Shown: in pieces, positions 48,239 through 57,183 of the stretch | How positions within the stretch are numbered: position 1 is the stretch's first letter | Layout: the number at the start of each line of letters is the position of its first letter | Assembly: GCA_963851325.1 (NCBI GenBank) | Contig: CAWKOR010000002.1 | Coordinates: 167,960-231,959 of the forward strand | From: an uncultured delta proteobacterium | Lineage (GTDB): Bacteria > Desulfobacterota > Binatia > Binatales > Binataceae | DNA: 64,000 nt | Direction of reading: 5' to 3' | The notes under the pieces: generated by a model | Seen by the model: the letters and a program-made list of their open reading frames with translations, nothing else | Databases searched by the model: none | Told to the model about the DNA's origin: nothing | Translations under genes and position numbers: made by a program

Positions 48239-49040
48239 GGGCGGCAGACGTCTTCGACGCCCAGGTCGCGCTCGAAAGCTCATCCTCGGAGAACAACAGC
48301 AGCGCTTCTTTGGTCTGGACATCTTCCTTGATAAGCGCTGCGAACTCGCAGATCGGTTTGATCGATTCCTGCGGATCTCCGACGCTGCGGGCGAAGCGCA
48401 GGAGCTTTTCGCGGTCCGGAATGGTCGGGTTGCCCAGGTACTCCTTGAATCCGCGACCTTCCTCGGGCGCGACCTCGTGCGTCTCGCCACCCAGTTCGAG
48501 CAGCCGCTGGTCGAAGATCCTGGCGTGATAGGTCTCGCGCTCCGCGATCATGCGGATACCCAGCCTGAGGGAATCGGTAGTGCATACCGCGGCCCACGCA
48601 GCAAATGCTTCGCCACCGTTGGCCTCGCCGGCTCGGATTTTATGCAGGAAGCTGAGGATTGCGGCGCGCTCGGACTCGTAGACCCTGCCGAATGCGTGGA
48701 AGCTGGCACCGTTACTTGCGGGCGATGCCCCCTGGCGCGCGGTCGTCGCTTCGAGGGAGGCGTGGCCGTTCGGGTTCGCTTGGGCTGAATACAGCGGAAG
48801 CACCCAATCCCATCCATAGCGCTGACGCACCGCCTCGGCCTCGAGATGGCTCATGATGGTATCGCCGCAGGCCGCACAGAACACGCAGGTTTTGCCGCCC
48901 GGCGACAGCTCGACGCTGAGCGCCCGCGTGCCCGCCGGATCCCAGGTAAAATTCTGCCCACATGCCCGGCATCCTTCGGACACGATTTCGGCGCGATTGA
49001 CCACCAGATGCTCGACCCCTGCCGGCTTGCTGTGTTCCAT
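48177..49040 (-). CDS. 287-aa fusion: N-terminal zinc-ribbon-like domain (copy 3) + C-terminal ferritin-like/ExxH four-helix-type domain
   Basis: N-terminus LVVNRAEIVSEGCRACGQ..FCAACGDTIMSHL..YGWDWVLPL. C-terminus FGRVYESERAA...MIAERETYHARIF...EDELS. The C-domain is paralogous to 60466..61119. RBS GGAG. Confidence 0.7.
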   Translation of the reverse strand: MEHSKPAGVEHLVVNRAEIVSEGCRACGQNFTWDPAGTRALSVELSPGGKTCVFCAACGDTIMSHLEAEAVRQRYGWDWVLPLYSAQANPNGHASLEATTARQGASPASNGASFHAFGRVYESERAAILSFLHKIRAGEANGGEAFAAWAAVCTTDSLRLGIRMIAERETYHARIFDQRLLELGGETHEVAPEEGRGFKEYLGNPTIPDREKLLRFARSVGDPQESIKPICEFAALIKEDVQTKEALLLFSEDELSSATWASKTSAALNQPTQAIDATASPSPARSD

Positions 49041-49133
49041 TTGAGAAGCTCCGAATATCGGTAGCTATCCTATCGCCGGAACCGCACATTTGGCAGCGGT
49101 CGGTTGATGCTGGTGGCCGTCCGTGGTCTGACC

Positions 49134-49949
49134 CTACGGAGTCGTATCTTCCTTCAAACTACAGGTTGTCCCGTCGGCGGTCTGGGTGCACGTGCAGAGG
49201 CATTCGTTCAAAACCGCGGGCGGTGGTCCGTCGAGCCTCAGTGCCAGGAAAGCCCCACTTCCGGTCGGGGATCCGACGTGCAGAGAAGCTCCATTGCTGG
49301 TGGGGTTGGGAACGCTGCAAGCGGAGCATGCATTTGCGTCACAGCGGCTCCCAGGGGCTGCCGATGGATCGTACGGCCCAAAAAACTGGTATCCCAAAGC
49401 ATCTGAGCTACCCGGCGTCGCGCCGGTCGAGACGGGGCACGAGCACATGATCTCACGATTGCGTAGTCGGCCCTCGAAGCCTGGAAACCTCTTGCCCCTG
49501 CTGCTGTTGAAGCATAGACCACCATCGCATTGGCCATATGCAACCGGCGCCGGCACTCCGGTTCCCGCATTGTCTGTTCCAGGACAGGTATAGGCTGCGA
49601 GTGTTCCGCCCTTTTTAGCTTCAGGAGGCAGACTGAACGTACTCACCATGTAGCCGTTGCGCTTACCTTCCTGGTTGACGTCGCAAACGTTTTGCTCGCC
49701 CGCCGGTCCGGTGAAGCTCAACTGAAGGCTGATGCTATCGCCGCGTTTTACATCGCACTTGCAATAGGCGACGCCGTCATAGACGAAACAGCTCGCGTCG
49801 GCACAAAGTGCATAGCGTTGATGGGAGCAAATCACGAATGGAGGCTCGGGATCGGCCGCCGGAACGGCGTCAAAACCGAATGCCACAATGGCGGTTAAAA
49901 GTTGGATGGCGACCACGAACGGCGCGGCTTCGAGCAACCTGCGAATCAT
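49134..49949 (-). CDS. Cys-rich secreted protein (about 20 Cys in 271 aa)
   Basis: N-terminal signal-like hydrophobic segment. Many CxC, CxxC and CxxxC pairs (CKCD, CDGGLC, CSCP, CSACS, CLCTC). RBS AGGGGGGA. Lies 93 nt upstream of 48177..49040 on the same strand. Confidence 0.65.
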   Translation of the reverse strand: MIRRLLEAAPFVVAIQLLTAIVAFGFDAVPAADPEPPFVICSHQRYALCADASCFVYDGVAYCKCDVKRGDSISLQLSFTGPAGEQNVCDVNQEGKRNGYMVSTFSLPPEAKKGGTLAAYTCPGTDNAGTGVPAPVAYGQCDGGLCFNSSRGKRFPGFEGRLRNREIMCSCPVSTGATPGSSDALGYQFFGPYDPSAAPGSRCDANACSACSVPNPTSNGASLHVGSPTGSGAFLALRLDGPPPAVLNECLCTCTQTADGTTCSLKEDTTP

Positions 49950-49997
49950 ATTCCCCCCTGCGAGCTTCCAGGATCGAGCCTGGATGTTGTCGTTAGC

Positions 49998-50024
49998 AGT
50001 ATATTGCCGTTTTTAGCGAAGCAA
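49998..50024 (-). promoter_or_regulatory. possible sigma70-type promoter for the 49949->48177 gene pair
   Basis: Minus-strand TTGCTT-N15-TATACT in an AT-richer 123-bp gap. The spacer is short, so this is only a weak call. Confidence 0.2.
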
Positions 50025-50072
50025 TGGCGGGTCCTGCATATTTAGGGATAAATTAGCTCGATTCTGACCGGC

Positions 50073-51308
50073 CTAATCGGAGGGTTGAAATCCGGTGTTC
50101 CCTGGATCGTTCTCCGACGACCATTCGTCGAACAATTGGTAGCCCACCGCGAGGATAGTCGGCCCGAGAAACAACCCAATCAGGCCAAAAGCCATCGCGC
50201 CACCGAGAATTCCGAGCACGATCAGGATGAGCGGAGTGGTGCCGCCGCCCCGGCTGATCAGAAATGGCCTGACGATATTGTCGAGGTTACCCACCACTAT
50301 GATCCACACCACTATGAAGATTGCCGAGGCAACCTGTCCACGATGATAGAGCCAAAACACCGCCGGCGCGGTGACCAGCAGCGGGCCGCCGGGAATCACC
50401 GCCACCACGAAGATTACGAACCCCAATAGCGTCGCGCCCGGAACTCCGGCGATCATGAATCCGATACTCGCCATCACCCCTTGCAAAAGTGCGGTGCCCA
50501 GGACGCCGTACACCACCGAGCGCATCGTGACTCCCGCTACCTCGAGCAGGCGGCTGGCTTGTGCCCCTCCGATACGGCTGAGTGCTGCGTCGAGGCGCGC
50601 CGCCGCGCCCTCCCCGTCGCGATACATCACAAACACCATCACCAGGCTGAGCACGATCTGAAAGACTCCGGCGGCGAGCGCGCGCCCACCTCCAAGCACC
50701 AGGTCGCGGGCCGCGGGTAACCACTTCGCGATCTCGGCAATCCGGGCGGAACTGCTCTCATTCATGAGCGTCCAGTATGACTTGAGCCGCTCGCCGATAA
50801 GCGGGATCGATGCCACCCAGGACGGCGCGGGCAGTCCTTCGTGGAGCAACTTTTGTGACGCGGCGACGATCTCGTTGACGTTGGCCGAAAGCCTGCTCAC
50901 CAGAAATGCAATCGGTGCGATGATTATCGCGGATAACACCAGCGTCGCGATCGCCGCCGCCAGGGTTCTTCGCTCACCCACGACCGTTTTGAGCCGGACG
51001 AACAAAGGCCAGGTGCTATAACACAGGACCGCCGCCCACAAAGCGGCGGAAATAAATGGCAACAGGATGACGAGGCAGCCGATTCCCAGCAAAGTCGCGG
51101 CGGCAAGGCCGATCCAAACCTCGACTCGAGTTCGAGTTTCGCCACCATCGTTCATTTGGGCATTGACGTACCCCAATCCGCGGGTAGAAGCGAGCGGTGC
51201 TAACGAAGGCCGACGACCGCCCGAGGCAGCTGTATCCGAACGCACCATGGACTCGCCGGCCTGATGCGAATCGATGCGCGCCAGCTTCGCCGTCCGTTGC
51301 GACGACAA
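50073..51308 (-). CDS. AI-2E family transporter (PerM/UPF0118)
   Basis: Polytopic, with the typical AI-2E topology and C-terminal motifs (LGILGGAMAFGLIGLFLGP). The true start may be the internal ATG at 51155. Confidence 0.75.
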   Translation of the reverse strand: MSSQRTAKLARIDSHQAGESMVRSDTAASGGRRPSLAPLASTRGLGYVNAQMNDGGETRTRVEVWIGLAAATLLGIGCLVILLPFISAALWAAVLCYSTWPLFVRLKTVVGERRTLAAAIATLVLSAIIIAPIAFLVSRLSANVNEIVAASQKLLHEGLPAPSWVASIPLIGERLKSYWTLMNESSSARIAEIAKWLPAARDLVLGGGRALAAGVFQIVLSLVMVFVMYRDGEGAAARLDAALSRIGGAQASRLLEVAGVTMRSVVYGVLGTALLQGVMASIGFMIAGVPGATLLGFVIFVVAVIPGGPLLVTAPAVFWLYHRGQVASAIFIVVWIIVVGNLDNIVRPFLISRGGGTTPLILIVLGILGGAMAFGLIGLFLGPTILAVGYQLFDEWSSENDPGNTGFQPSD

Positions 51309-51404
51309 ATCATGCCTTTAGCAGCAGGCAAAATTCGCTCCTGCGTCCCTCCGGCGGCGTGGCAGTTTATTTGCTCTCATGTCTGGGCAACAGAGGTGAC
51401 CCCA

Positions 51405-51800
51405 ATGCAAATGCTGCATGTGATGACCAAGCATCCCGAGACTATTGCGCCCGATGACATGCTCTTGAAGGCCAAGGAAATGATGGATTCCGGCGGGTTT
51501 CGTCGTCTGACGGTTGTCAGGGAGGGCCACGTGCTCGGAATCCTCACCGAACGCGATCTTCGCGAGCATGCCGGGTATCTCAAATCGACCAAGGTCGACG
51601 CGGTGATGAAAGCGCCGGTAGTCACGGTAGATTCGCAGACCTCCATCGAAGCGGCGGCGCGCCTGATGCTGGCGAAGAAAATCGGCGGGATGCCGGTGGT
51701 CGATGCGGGCAAGCTGGTCGGTATCGTCACCACCAGCGACATGCTGAGGGCCCTCCTGAGCGTGGTCGAAACGGCACAAAAGGCGTTGCGCCAAAACTGA
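51405..51800 (+). CDS. CBS domain pair protein
   Basis: ATG 51405 preceded by AGAGGTGA. Two CBS repeats (..VVREGHVLGILTERDL.., ..GGMPVVDAGKLVGIVTTSDML). Confidence 0.8.
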   Translation: MQMLHVMTKHPETIAPDDMLLKAKEMMDSGGFRRLTVVREGHVLGILTERDLREHAGYLKSTKVDAVMKAPVVTVDSQTSIEAAARLMLAKKIGGMPVVDAGKLVGIVTTSDMLRALLSVVETAQKALRQN

Positions 51801-51828
51801 CGGAGCCGGAGCGGGTTGATGGTGTTGC

Positions 51829-53109
51829 TTAGCCGGCTGGGACTTCAGACCTGGTGAGCATGAATTTTCCCGCTGGAGTGCGCTCGAGTTCGGCAACCTG
51901 CTCGAACGCGATTGCCAGTTCATACCCCATCAGGCTGCTGAGCTCAGTCTGAATCTGGAGTTGCGCATTCGAGCAGAGCGGCCGATCGGCGACGTATCGG
52001 AGGACGAAGCGGTCGACCAACTTCTGGATGACTTGGAACTGTTTCATCTGAAAACGGCGCAACGGATTGATCATCATCCAACTTGCCACGCAGCTGCCGT
52101 CAGGCTTGCGAAACAGATTCATTGTGCGCCCCAGCACCCGCCCGAACACCGGCAGCGTCCGTCCGCAATCGCACCTCGCATTGGTCGCGATCGCATGGTC
52201 ACCGATTTCATAGCGAATCAGCGGCATCAGGTAGTTATCCAACGTGGTAACCAGAACCCTGCCGGTCGCACCGGCCGCCACCTGGTGTCCCGATTCATCG
52301 ACGATCTCGATAACCACATGCTCCGCGTTGAGATGGTAACTGCCGCGAGGGCATTGCCATGCGAAGAATGCCTCGGTGCTGCCGTAGTTGTCCGCGATCT
52401 CGACATTGAGTTGTCGGCGCACCCGTTCCCGCAGCGAATCGTCGAGCACTTCGGCGCCGGTGAAGATTTTGCGCAGCGACGGGAGGTTCTGCTGCTTCTC
52501 CTCGAAAACCTGTACGATGCCATCGAGAATCGACGGATACAGGTAGAGGTATCGAGGTCGCATTTCGATCAGTCGCGCGACCTGCACCGGGAACTCGGCC
52601 CCGTTAGGAAGAAATCTGACTCCAACGAAAACCCGGCTGATGAATGCCAGATCGTGATCGAAGCGATCGTATGGGCTCTCCAGAAGGACCTGCCCCACCA
52701 GCCACGCGGTGCGATGCAGGGGACTCCATCCGTGGGCGCGCAAGTATCGCGCCCGGGCGGCGTGACGTCCCACTTGATGAGACCGGTCGAACAGGAACTC
52801 CACCGCCGGACCGCTGGTGGCGCTCGATTTTGAGTACGGGAAACGTGAATCTGCGGGATGAAGCGATCGCACCGAATGATTGAGGCGATCGATATCGGAG
52901 CGGCGCAGGATAGGAAATCGCGCCAGGTCCGCCGGGCGCGGATTGACGCCCAATCGGTCGGCATAAAAGGGAATTCTCGACGCCGCATTAAGCGTCCGTT
53001 CCAGATGCTGCTCGCGATACGATGCGATTCGCGCTGGTGGCCAGTATTGCGATCCGAGCAGCGTGACGTATCGCGGCCCTGCCTCCAGCAAACGTGCGAT
53101 CGCGCTCAT
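51829..53109 (-). CDS. phenylacetate-CoA ligase / F390 synthetase-like adenylate-forming enzyme (paralogue of 1164..2468)
   Basis: Colinear with 1164..2468. Long blocks match, e.g. LRKxFTGxEVLDDSLRxR..EIADNYGxTE..WQCPxGSYHLNAEH..GRVxVTTLxNYLxPLIRY. The AMP motif here reads SSATSG. Confidence 0.8.
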   Translation of the reverse strand: MSAIARLLEAGPRYVTLLGSQYWPPARIASYREQHLERTLNAASRIPFYADRLGVNPRPADLARFPILRRSDIDRLNHSVRSLHPADSRFPYSKSSATSGPAVEFLFDRSHQVGRHAARARYLRAHGWSPLHRTAWLVGQVLLESPYDRFDHDLAFISRVFVGVRFLPNGAEFPVQVARLIEMRPRYLYLYPSILDGIVQVFEEKQQNLPSLRKIFTGAEVLDDSLRERVRRQLNVEIADNYGSTEAFFAWQCPRGSYHLNAEHVVIEIVDESGHQVAAGATGRVLVTTLDNYLMPLIRYEIGDHAIATNARCDCGRTLPVFGRVLGRTMNLFRKPDGSCVASWMMINPLRRFQMKQFQVIQKLVDRFVLRYVADRPLCSNAQLQIQTELSSLMGYELAIAFEQVAELERTPAGKFMLTRSEVPAG

Positions 53110-53327
53110 CGGTCGAAGGATTTATCAAGCTGTGCACACAGCGGCCAACGATCTCGAGGAAATCCCGGTGATGGCTGATAGTCACGGAGCGTCGGCGAGG
53201 GTGAGTGGCTCCGGGCTGGCTCGGTATCGCTCGGGTTCTCGCTGATCTTGCGATGTTGGCCGGGTGCCCCAACCGGACAATCATCGCGCTCCAAGCGGAG
53301 GCGGCAAAGCATCGAAGCAGCGTCGTA

Positions 53328-54185
53328 CTAGTCGCCGGCTTTCAATTCCTTCACGCGATTGTCGCGCTGCTGCAGGTAGGCATCCTGGACCGCACCATAC
53401 AAATCGACCGCATAGCGATCCGCTTCCTCGAACTGGTCCAGATGCAACGAACGATAGTTCACGGCCTCGACGATCGTCTGGCCGCCGCGCGCCGCCAGCG
53501 AAATGTACCACGGCACGAAATAGCTCAAGGGATCCATGGCGCCGTCGGCAACTCGTCCGACCGCATCGCCGATCGTCGAGGGTCCGAAGAACGGGATCAT
53601 CAGATACGGACCGGTCGGCGCACTGTAGTATCGCAGAGTAAGGCCGAAATCGTCGGGATGCTCTTTGAGGCCGAACCAGTTGTCGGCGGGATCAAACAGG
53701 CCTATCAGCCCGACTGTAGTGTTGATGCCGAAGCGCGCGACTTCGCTGCCGGCCTGCGGAAACCGAAGCTGAAAAGCGTTGTTGGCGAAACGAGGCAGGA
53801 CCCGCACATTGTCCAGCGCGCGCCCAATCGCCTCGCGGGCCACGGTCGGAATCACCTTGGCGTAGCCGCTCGCCACCGGATGCAGCACATAGTCATCGAC
53901 CTTCAAATTGAAGGTGAACATCGCGCTGTTAAAGGGCTCCAGCGGGTCGCTCTCTTGAGCCTGCAGGTTGGTATCGCTGAGATCAGGCGTATCGGTGGCG
54001 AAGGACGTCGATTGAGTGGTATCGCCAACCCCCTGCGATGAGGCGGGCTGGGCCGCAGATGTTTTCGACGGCGCGTCGGCAGCGATGGCGAACGACGACG
54101 CGGATAGGATGGCGAACCCGGCGAGCATCGTGACCACGATCGCGGGCTGATAATTGAGGAAGAACGGTAGTTTTCGTATCAGCAT
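53328..54185 (-). CDS. mlaA: MlaA/VacJ family outer-membrane lipoprotein
   Basis: DPLEPFNSAMFTFNLKVDDYVLHPVASGY and later VacJ motifs. Downstream of mlaC. Confidence 0.85.
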   Translation of the reverse strand: MLIRKLPFFLNYQPAIVVTMLAGFAILSASSFAIAADAPSKTSAAQPASSQGVGDTTQSTSFATDTPDLSDTNLQAQESDPLEPFNSAMFTFNLKVDDYVLHPVASGYAKVIPTVAREAIGRALDNVRVLPRFANNAFQLRFPQAGSEVARFGINTTVGLIGLFDPADNWFGLKEHPDDFGLTLRYYSAPTGPYLMIPFFGPSTIGDAVGRVADGAMDPLSYFVPWYISLAARGGQTIVEAVNYRSLHLDQFEEADRYAVDLYGAVQDAYLQQRDNRVKELKAGD

Positions 54186-54284
54186 TTATCCTTCGAGCGG
54201 AACCCCCCGGCGCCGCTGCGGCGTTACGGTAGCACAGCGTTACTTGGTAGCAAAAATAACATACCCGGAAATTCCAGGCATCTT

Positions 54285-54968
54285 CTAATCGTGGTCGTGC
54301 GCAGTCCCTAGCTGAGCCTCGAGGCCCTGCTGTTTGCTCTTGAGATCCGACATCAGGGTGTCGAAACCCTTGTTGTTGATGACGCGATTGAACTGGTTGC
54401 GATAGTTTGCCGCAATCGAAATGTTGTCAATTGCGATGTCGTAGATCAGATACTTGCCGTTTTCCTTGCGCAGCGCGTAATTGACCTGAATGGGCGCCTT
54501 GCCGCCCGATTGCTCGATAGTCGTTTTGACCTCGGATCGGTCGTTGCCGAGGTCGATTTCGCCCAGGAAGTTAACCTTGACCTCCTGCCCCGAATAGTCC
54601 GCGATTCTGCTGATGTAGGAATCGCGCAGAAATGCCGTGAAGACCTGGGTGAAGTCCTTGCGCTGCTGTTCGCTCAGGTCCTTCCAATGCATGCCCAGCG
54701 CGGTCCGCGCCATCGCGGTGAAATCGAAAACCTCGCCGCTGACCAGGCTGCGCAGTTTTTCCTGCCGCTCCTTAAGCGGGATCGACTTATCGCCCAGGAT
54801 TTGCAAGGCCGGATTGACCAGCGATTTCACGATGGCGGTCGGGTTCTGATCCGCATCCGCGGGCGCCGCCACTCCAATCGTGAGCGCGGCAATCACGGCG
54901 ATGCTGACTGCCAACATGATTCTGACGAGGGAACTTCTGGTATCGGATTCGTGGTTCATAAGCTTCAA
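54285..54968 (-). CDS. mlaC: phospholipid-binding periplasmic protein MlaC (Ttg2D family)
   Basis: Signal peptide. ARTALGMHWKDLSEQQRKDFTQVF..L and YLIYDIAIDNISIAANYRNQF. Confidence 0.85.
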   Translation of the reverse strand: MKLMNHESDTRSSLVRIMLAVSIAVIAALTIGVAAPADADQNPTAIVKSLVNPALQILGDKSIPLKERQEKLRSLVSGEVFDFTAMARTALGMHWKDLSEQQRKDFTQVFTAFLRDSYISRIADYSGQEVKVNFLGEIDLGNDRSEVKTTIEQSGGKAPIQVNYALRKENGKYLIYDIAIDNISIAANYRNQFNRVINNKGFDTLMSDLKSKQQGLEAQLGTAHDHD

Positions 54969-55502
54969 CTACTTCTTTCCCTTGGTTTCCGGTTTATTCT
55001 GATCGCTGGGAGTCGGCGATGCTGCCGGGCTATTGTCGCCGCCGCCTGCGCTCTTGCTGCCACCGCCATTGACCAGTTGACCGATGGCGTCTTCGAGCAC
55101 GAAAGACGATTCGGTGTGGATGATAGTTCCGTCGTCCTTCAGCGGATCGCCGGCGCCGATCGAGATCGCGACGTACTTGTCACCAATGATGCCGCTGGTT
55201 TTGATCGATGCAATAGCGTCGTCATCAACCATGACGCCTTCGTTGATCTGCAATGTGACGCGAGCACGTTCATTTTTCTGCGACAAGGTGATGGCGGAAA
55301 CCTTACCTACCTTGACCCCGGCGATCTGGATTGCATCGTTGACCTTGAGCCCCGAGACATTGTCGAACATGGCGTAAAGCGTGTAGTGCGGCGCCGCCAC
55401 CAGGGGAATCCTTCCCAGGGTGAAGGCCAACACCGACAGCGCCGCGATTCCGACCAATCCGAAAATGCCGACGATGAACTGTGTAGTGCGACTTGCGTAC
55501 AT
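54969..55502 (-). CDS. mlaD: MCE-domain protein MlaD
   Basis: N-terminal TM, then MCE core GLKVNDAIQIAGVKVGKV. Abuts mlaC. Confidence 0.85.
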   Translation of the reverse strand: MYASRTTQFIVGIFGLVGIAALSVLAFTLGRIPLVAAPHYTLYAMFDNVSGLKVNDAIQIAGVKVGKVSAITLSQKNERARVTLQINEGVMVDDDAIASIKTSGIIGDKYVAISIGAGDPLKDDGTIIHTESSFVLEDAIGQLVNGGGSKSAGGGDNSPAASPTPSDQNKPETKGKK

Positions 55503-55511
55503 CAGGTTCTC

Positions 55512-56351
55512 TCAGTCTGAGTCCAGGTCCGCTCCGTCTCCGGCCGCTTTGCCGGCCATGAACCGATCGAAGATTTCGTCATGCGCGGAGGTCACCTCCT
55601 GGGGAGACCCATAAAGTCTCATTTTGCCGTGATGGATAAAGCCGATGCGATCGCAGATTTCGAATACCGCCGGAACGTCATGGCTGACCATTATCACCGT
55701 CAGACCGTAGGTCTTCTGGGTATCCCGAATCAGTCGATGAATCGCGCCGGTTCGCGCCGGATCGAGCCCGGTAGTCGGCTCATCGAGCATCAGAATCTTG
55801 GGGCGATGGACCAACGCGCGCGCGAGTGCGGCGCGTTTTTGCATCCCGCCCGAAAGCTCGGAGGGAAATTTTTCCTCCACTCCCTCCAGGCCCACCGACT
55901 TGAGGGTTTCGCGCACCCGCACCTGAATTTCTTCTTCACTCAGATGGGTCTTCTCGACCAGCGGAAACGCGACATTGTCAAAAATGCTCATCGAGTCGAA
56001 CAGCGCGCCAGCCTGGAACAGCATGCCGAGCTTTTCGCGCACCTCATTGAGTGACCGATTGCTCAGCCGGGTGACATCTATTCCGTCGATGATGATCTGC
56101 CCGGAATTAGGGCGCATCAGCAGGTTCAAATGCTTGAGCAGAACGGTCTTGCCCCCACCCGAAGGACCGACGATGCAGGTGATCTCAACCGATGGAACGT
56201 CCAGATTGACCCCATCGAGGACGACCTGACGGCCAAAGCGCTTTACCAAATCGCGGACCACGATGGCACTCTCAGCCGCGAGGGCCGCGCCATTGCCGGC
56301 CTGGGGCGAAGCGCCAGGTTCGTGACCGCCGTTATTGCGCGTGGTTTCCAT
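55512..56351 (-). CDS. mlaF: ABC transporter ATP-binding protein MlaF
   Basis: Walker A GPSGGGKT, signature LSGGMQKR and Walker B ILMLDEP. Lies within the mla operon. Confidence 0.85.
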   Translation of the reverse strand: METTRNNGGHEPGASPQAGNGAALAAESAIVVRDLVKRFGRQVVLDGVNLDVPSVEITCIVGPSGGGKTVLLKHLNLLMRPNSGQIIIDGIDVTRLSNRSLNEVREKLGMLFQAGALFDSMSIFDNVAFPLVEKTHLSEEEIQVRVRETLKSVGLEGVEEKFPSELSGGMQKRAALARALVHRPKILMLDEPTTGLDPARTGAIHRLIRDTQKTYGLTVIMVSHDVPAVFEICDRIGFIHHGKMRLYGSPQEVTSAHDEIFDRFMAGKAAGDGADLDSD

Positions 56352-56366
56352 CAGCGAGCCAGCACC

Positions 56367-57143
56367 CTAGAACAGAACCGCAGTTAAAAAGTAGTCCCAC
56401 GCCAGGATGAGAACGCTCGAAAGCACCACCGCTTCAGTGGTGGCCCGGCTGACCCCGGTCGCCATCCGCTTGGCGTTATATCCTTTGTAACAACACACCC
56501 AGATCACATTCACGCCGAAAACCAATGACTTGTAGAGTCCGATTACGATGTCATGCCCGGTCATATAGGTCGCGATTCCATTGAGGTAACTGCTGCCCGG
56601 CGCTCCCATCAGCACCACCCCAATCATGTACCCGCCCCAGATACCGATCACGTCGAAGACTGAAGTCAGCAACGGGAAGCTGATGATGCCCGCCAGCAGC
56701 CGCGGCGATACCAGGTACTGAATCGGGTTTATCGCCATTACCGTCAGCGCGTCGATCTGCTCGGTGGTCTGCATCGAGCCCAGCTCCGCAGCCATCGCGG
56801 AACCCGCCCGCGCCGCGATCATCAGGGCCGCCAGGACCGGGCCTAGCTCGCGGACCAGGGTCAGGGCGACCAAAGTGCCCAGCGCACCTTCGGAACCAAA
56901 GCGTCGCAGCGAATTGTAACCTTGCAGCCCCAGCACCATACCGGTGAAGGCGGAGACCAGAACGATCAGGAAAAATGACTCCGCTCCGATGACGCGGATC
57001 TGGCGAATGATAAGGCGCGGTTTGTAGGGTGGAACGATCGCGAACCAGGCCGCATTGACCACGAACAGGATGAACTTACCCAGCGCGTCGATCCCGTCGA
57101 GGATGAATTCCCCGAAGTCTACGATCAGGTCGGCTAGAACCAT
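56367..57143 (-). CDS. mlaE: ABC transporter permease MlaE
   Basis: 258 aa, polytopic. MlaE-type motifs (RELGPVLAALMIAARAGSAMAAELGSM). Confidence 0.85.
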   Translation of the reverse strand: MVLADLIVDFGEFILDGIDALGKFILFVVNAAWFAIVPPYKPRLIIRQIRVIGAESFFLIVLVSAFTGMVLGLQGYNSLRRFGSEGALGTLVALTLVRELGPVLAALMIAARAGSAMAAELGSMQTTEQIDALTVMAINPIQYLVSPRLLAGIISFPLLTSVFDVIGIWGGYMIGVVLMGAPGSSYLNGIATYMTGHDIVIGLYKSLVFGVNVIWVCCYKGYNAKRMATGVSRATTEAVVLSSVLILAWDYFLTAVLF

Positions 57144-57183
57144 CTGGTGCGGTAGAGGATCCGATTCGCAGTTAGTGAAGACT

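Noticed and set aside
54510-55520. 336-aa plus-strand ORF across mlaC/mlaD, and similar antisense ORFs (53205-54041, 57214-57954, 57967-58566, 51961-52833, 51318-51923, 19969-20910, 13910-14632, 14772-15701, 10697-11446, 30069-31001, 34374-35312, 40177-40899, 42538-43221, 43424-43954, 46913-47563, 5888-6628, 7274-7789)
   Set aside because: All lie opposite genes with clear family motifs or better coding bias. Their translations are Arg/Gly/Asp-rich with no recognisable domains.
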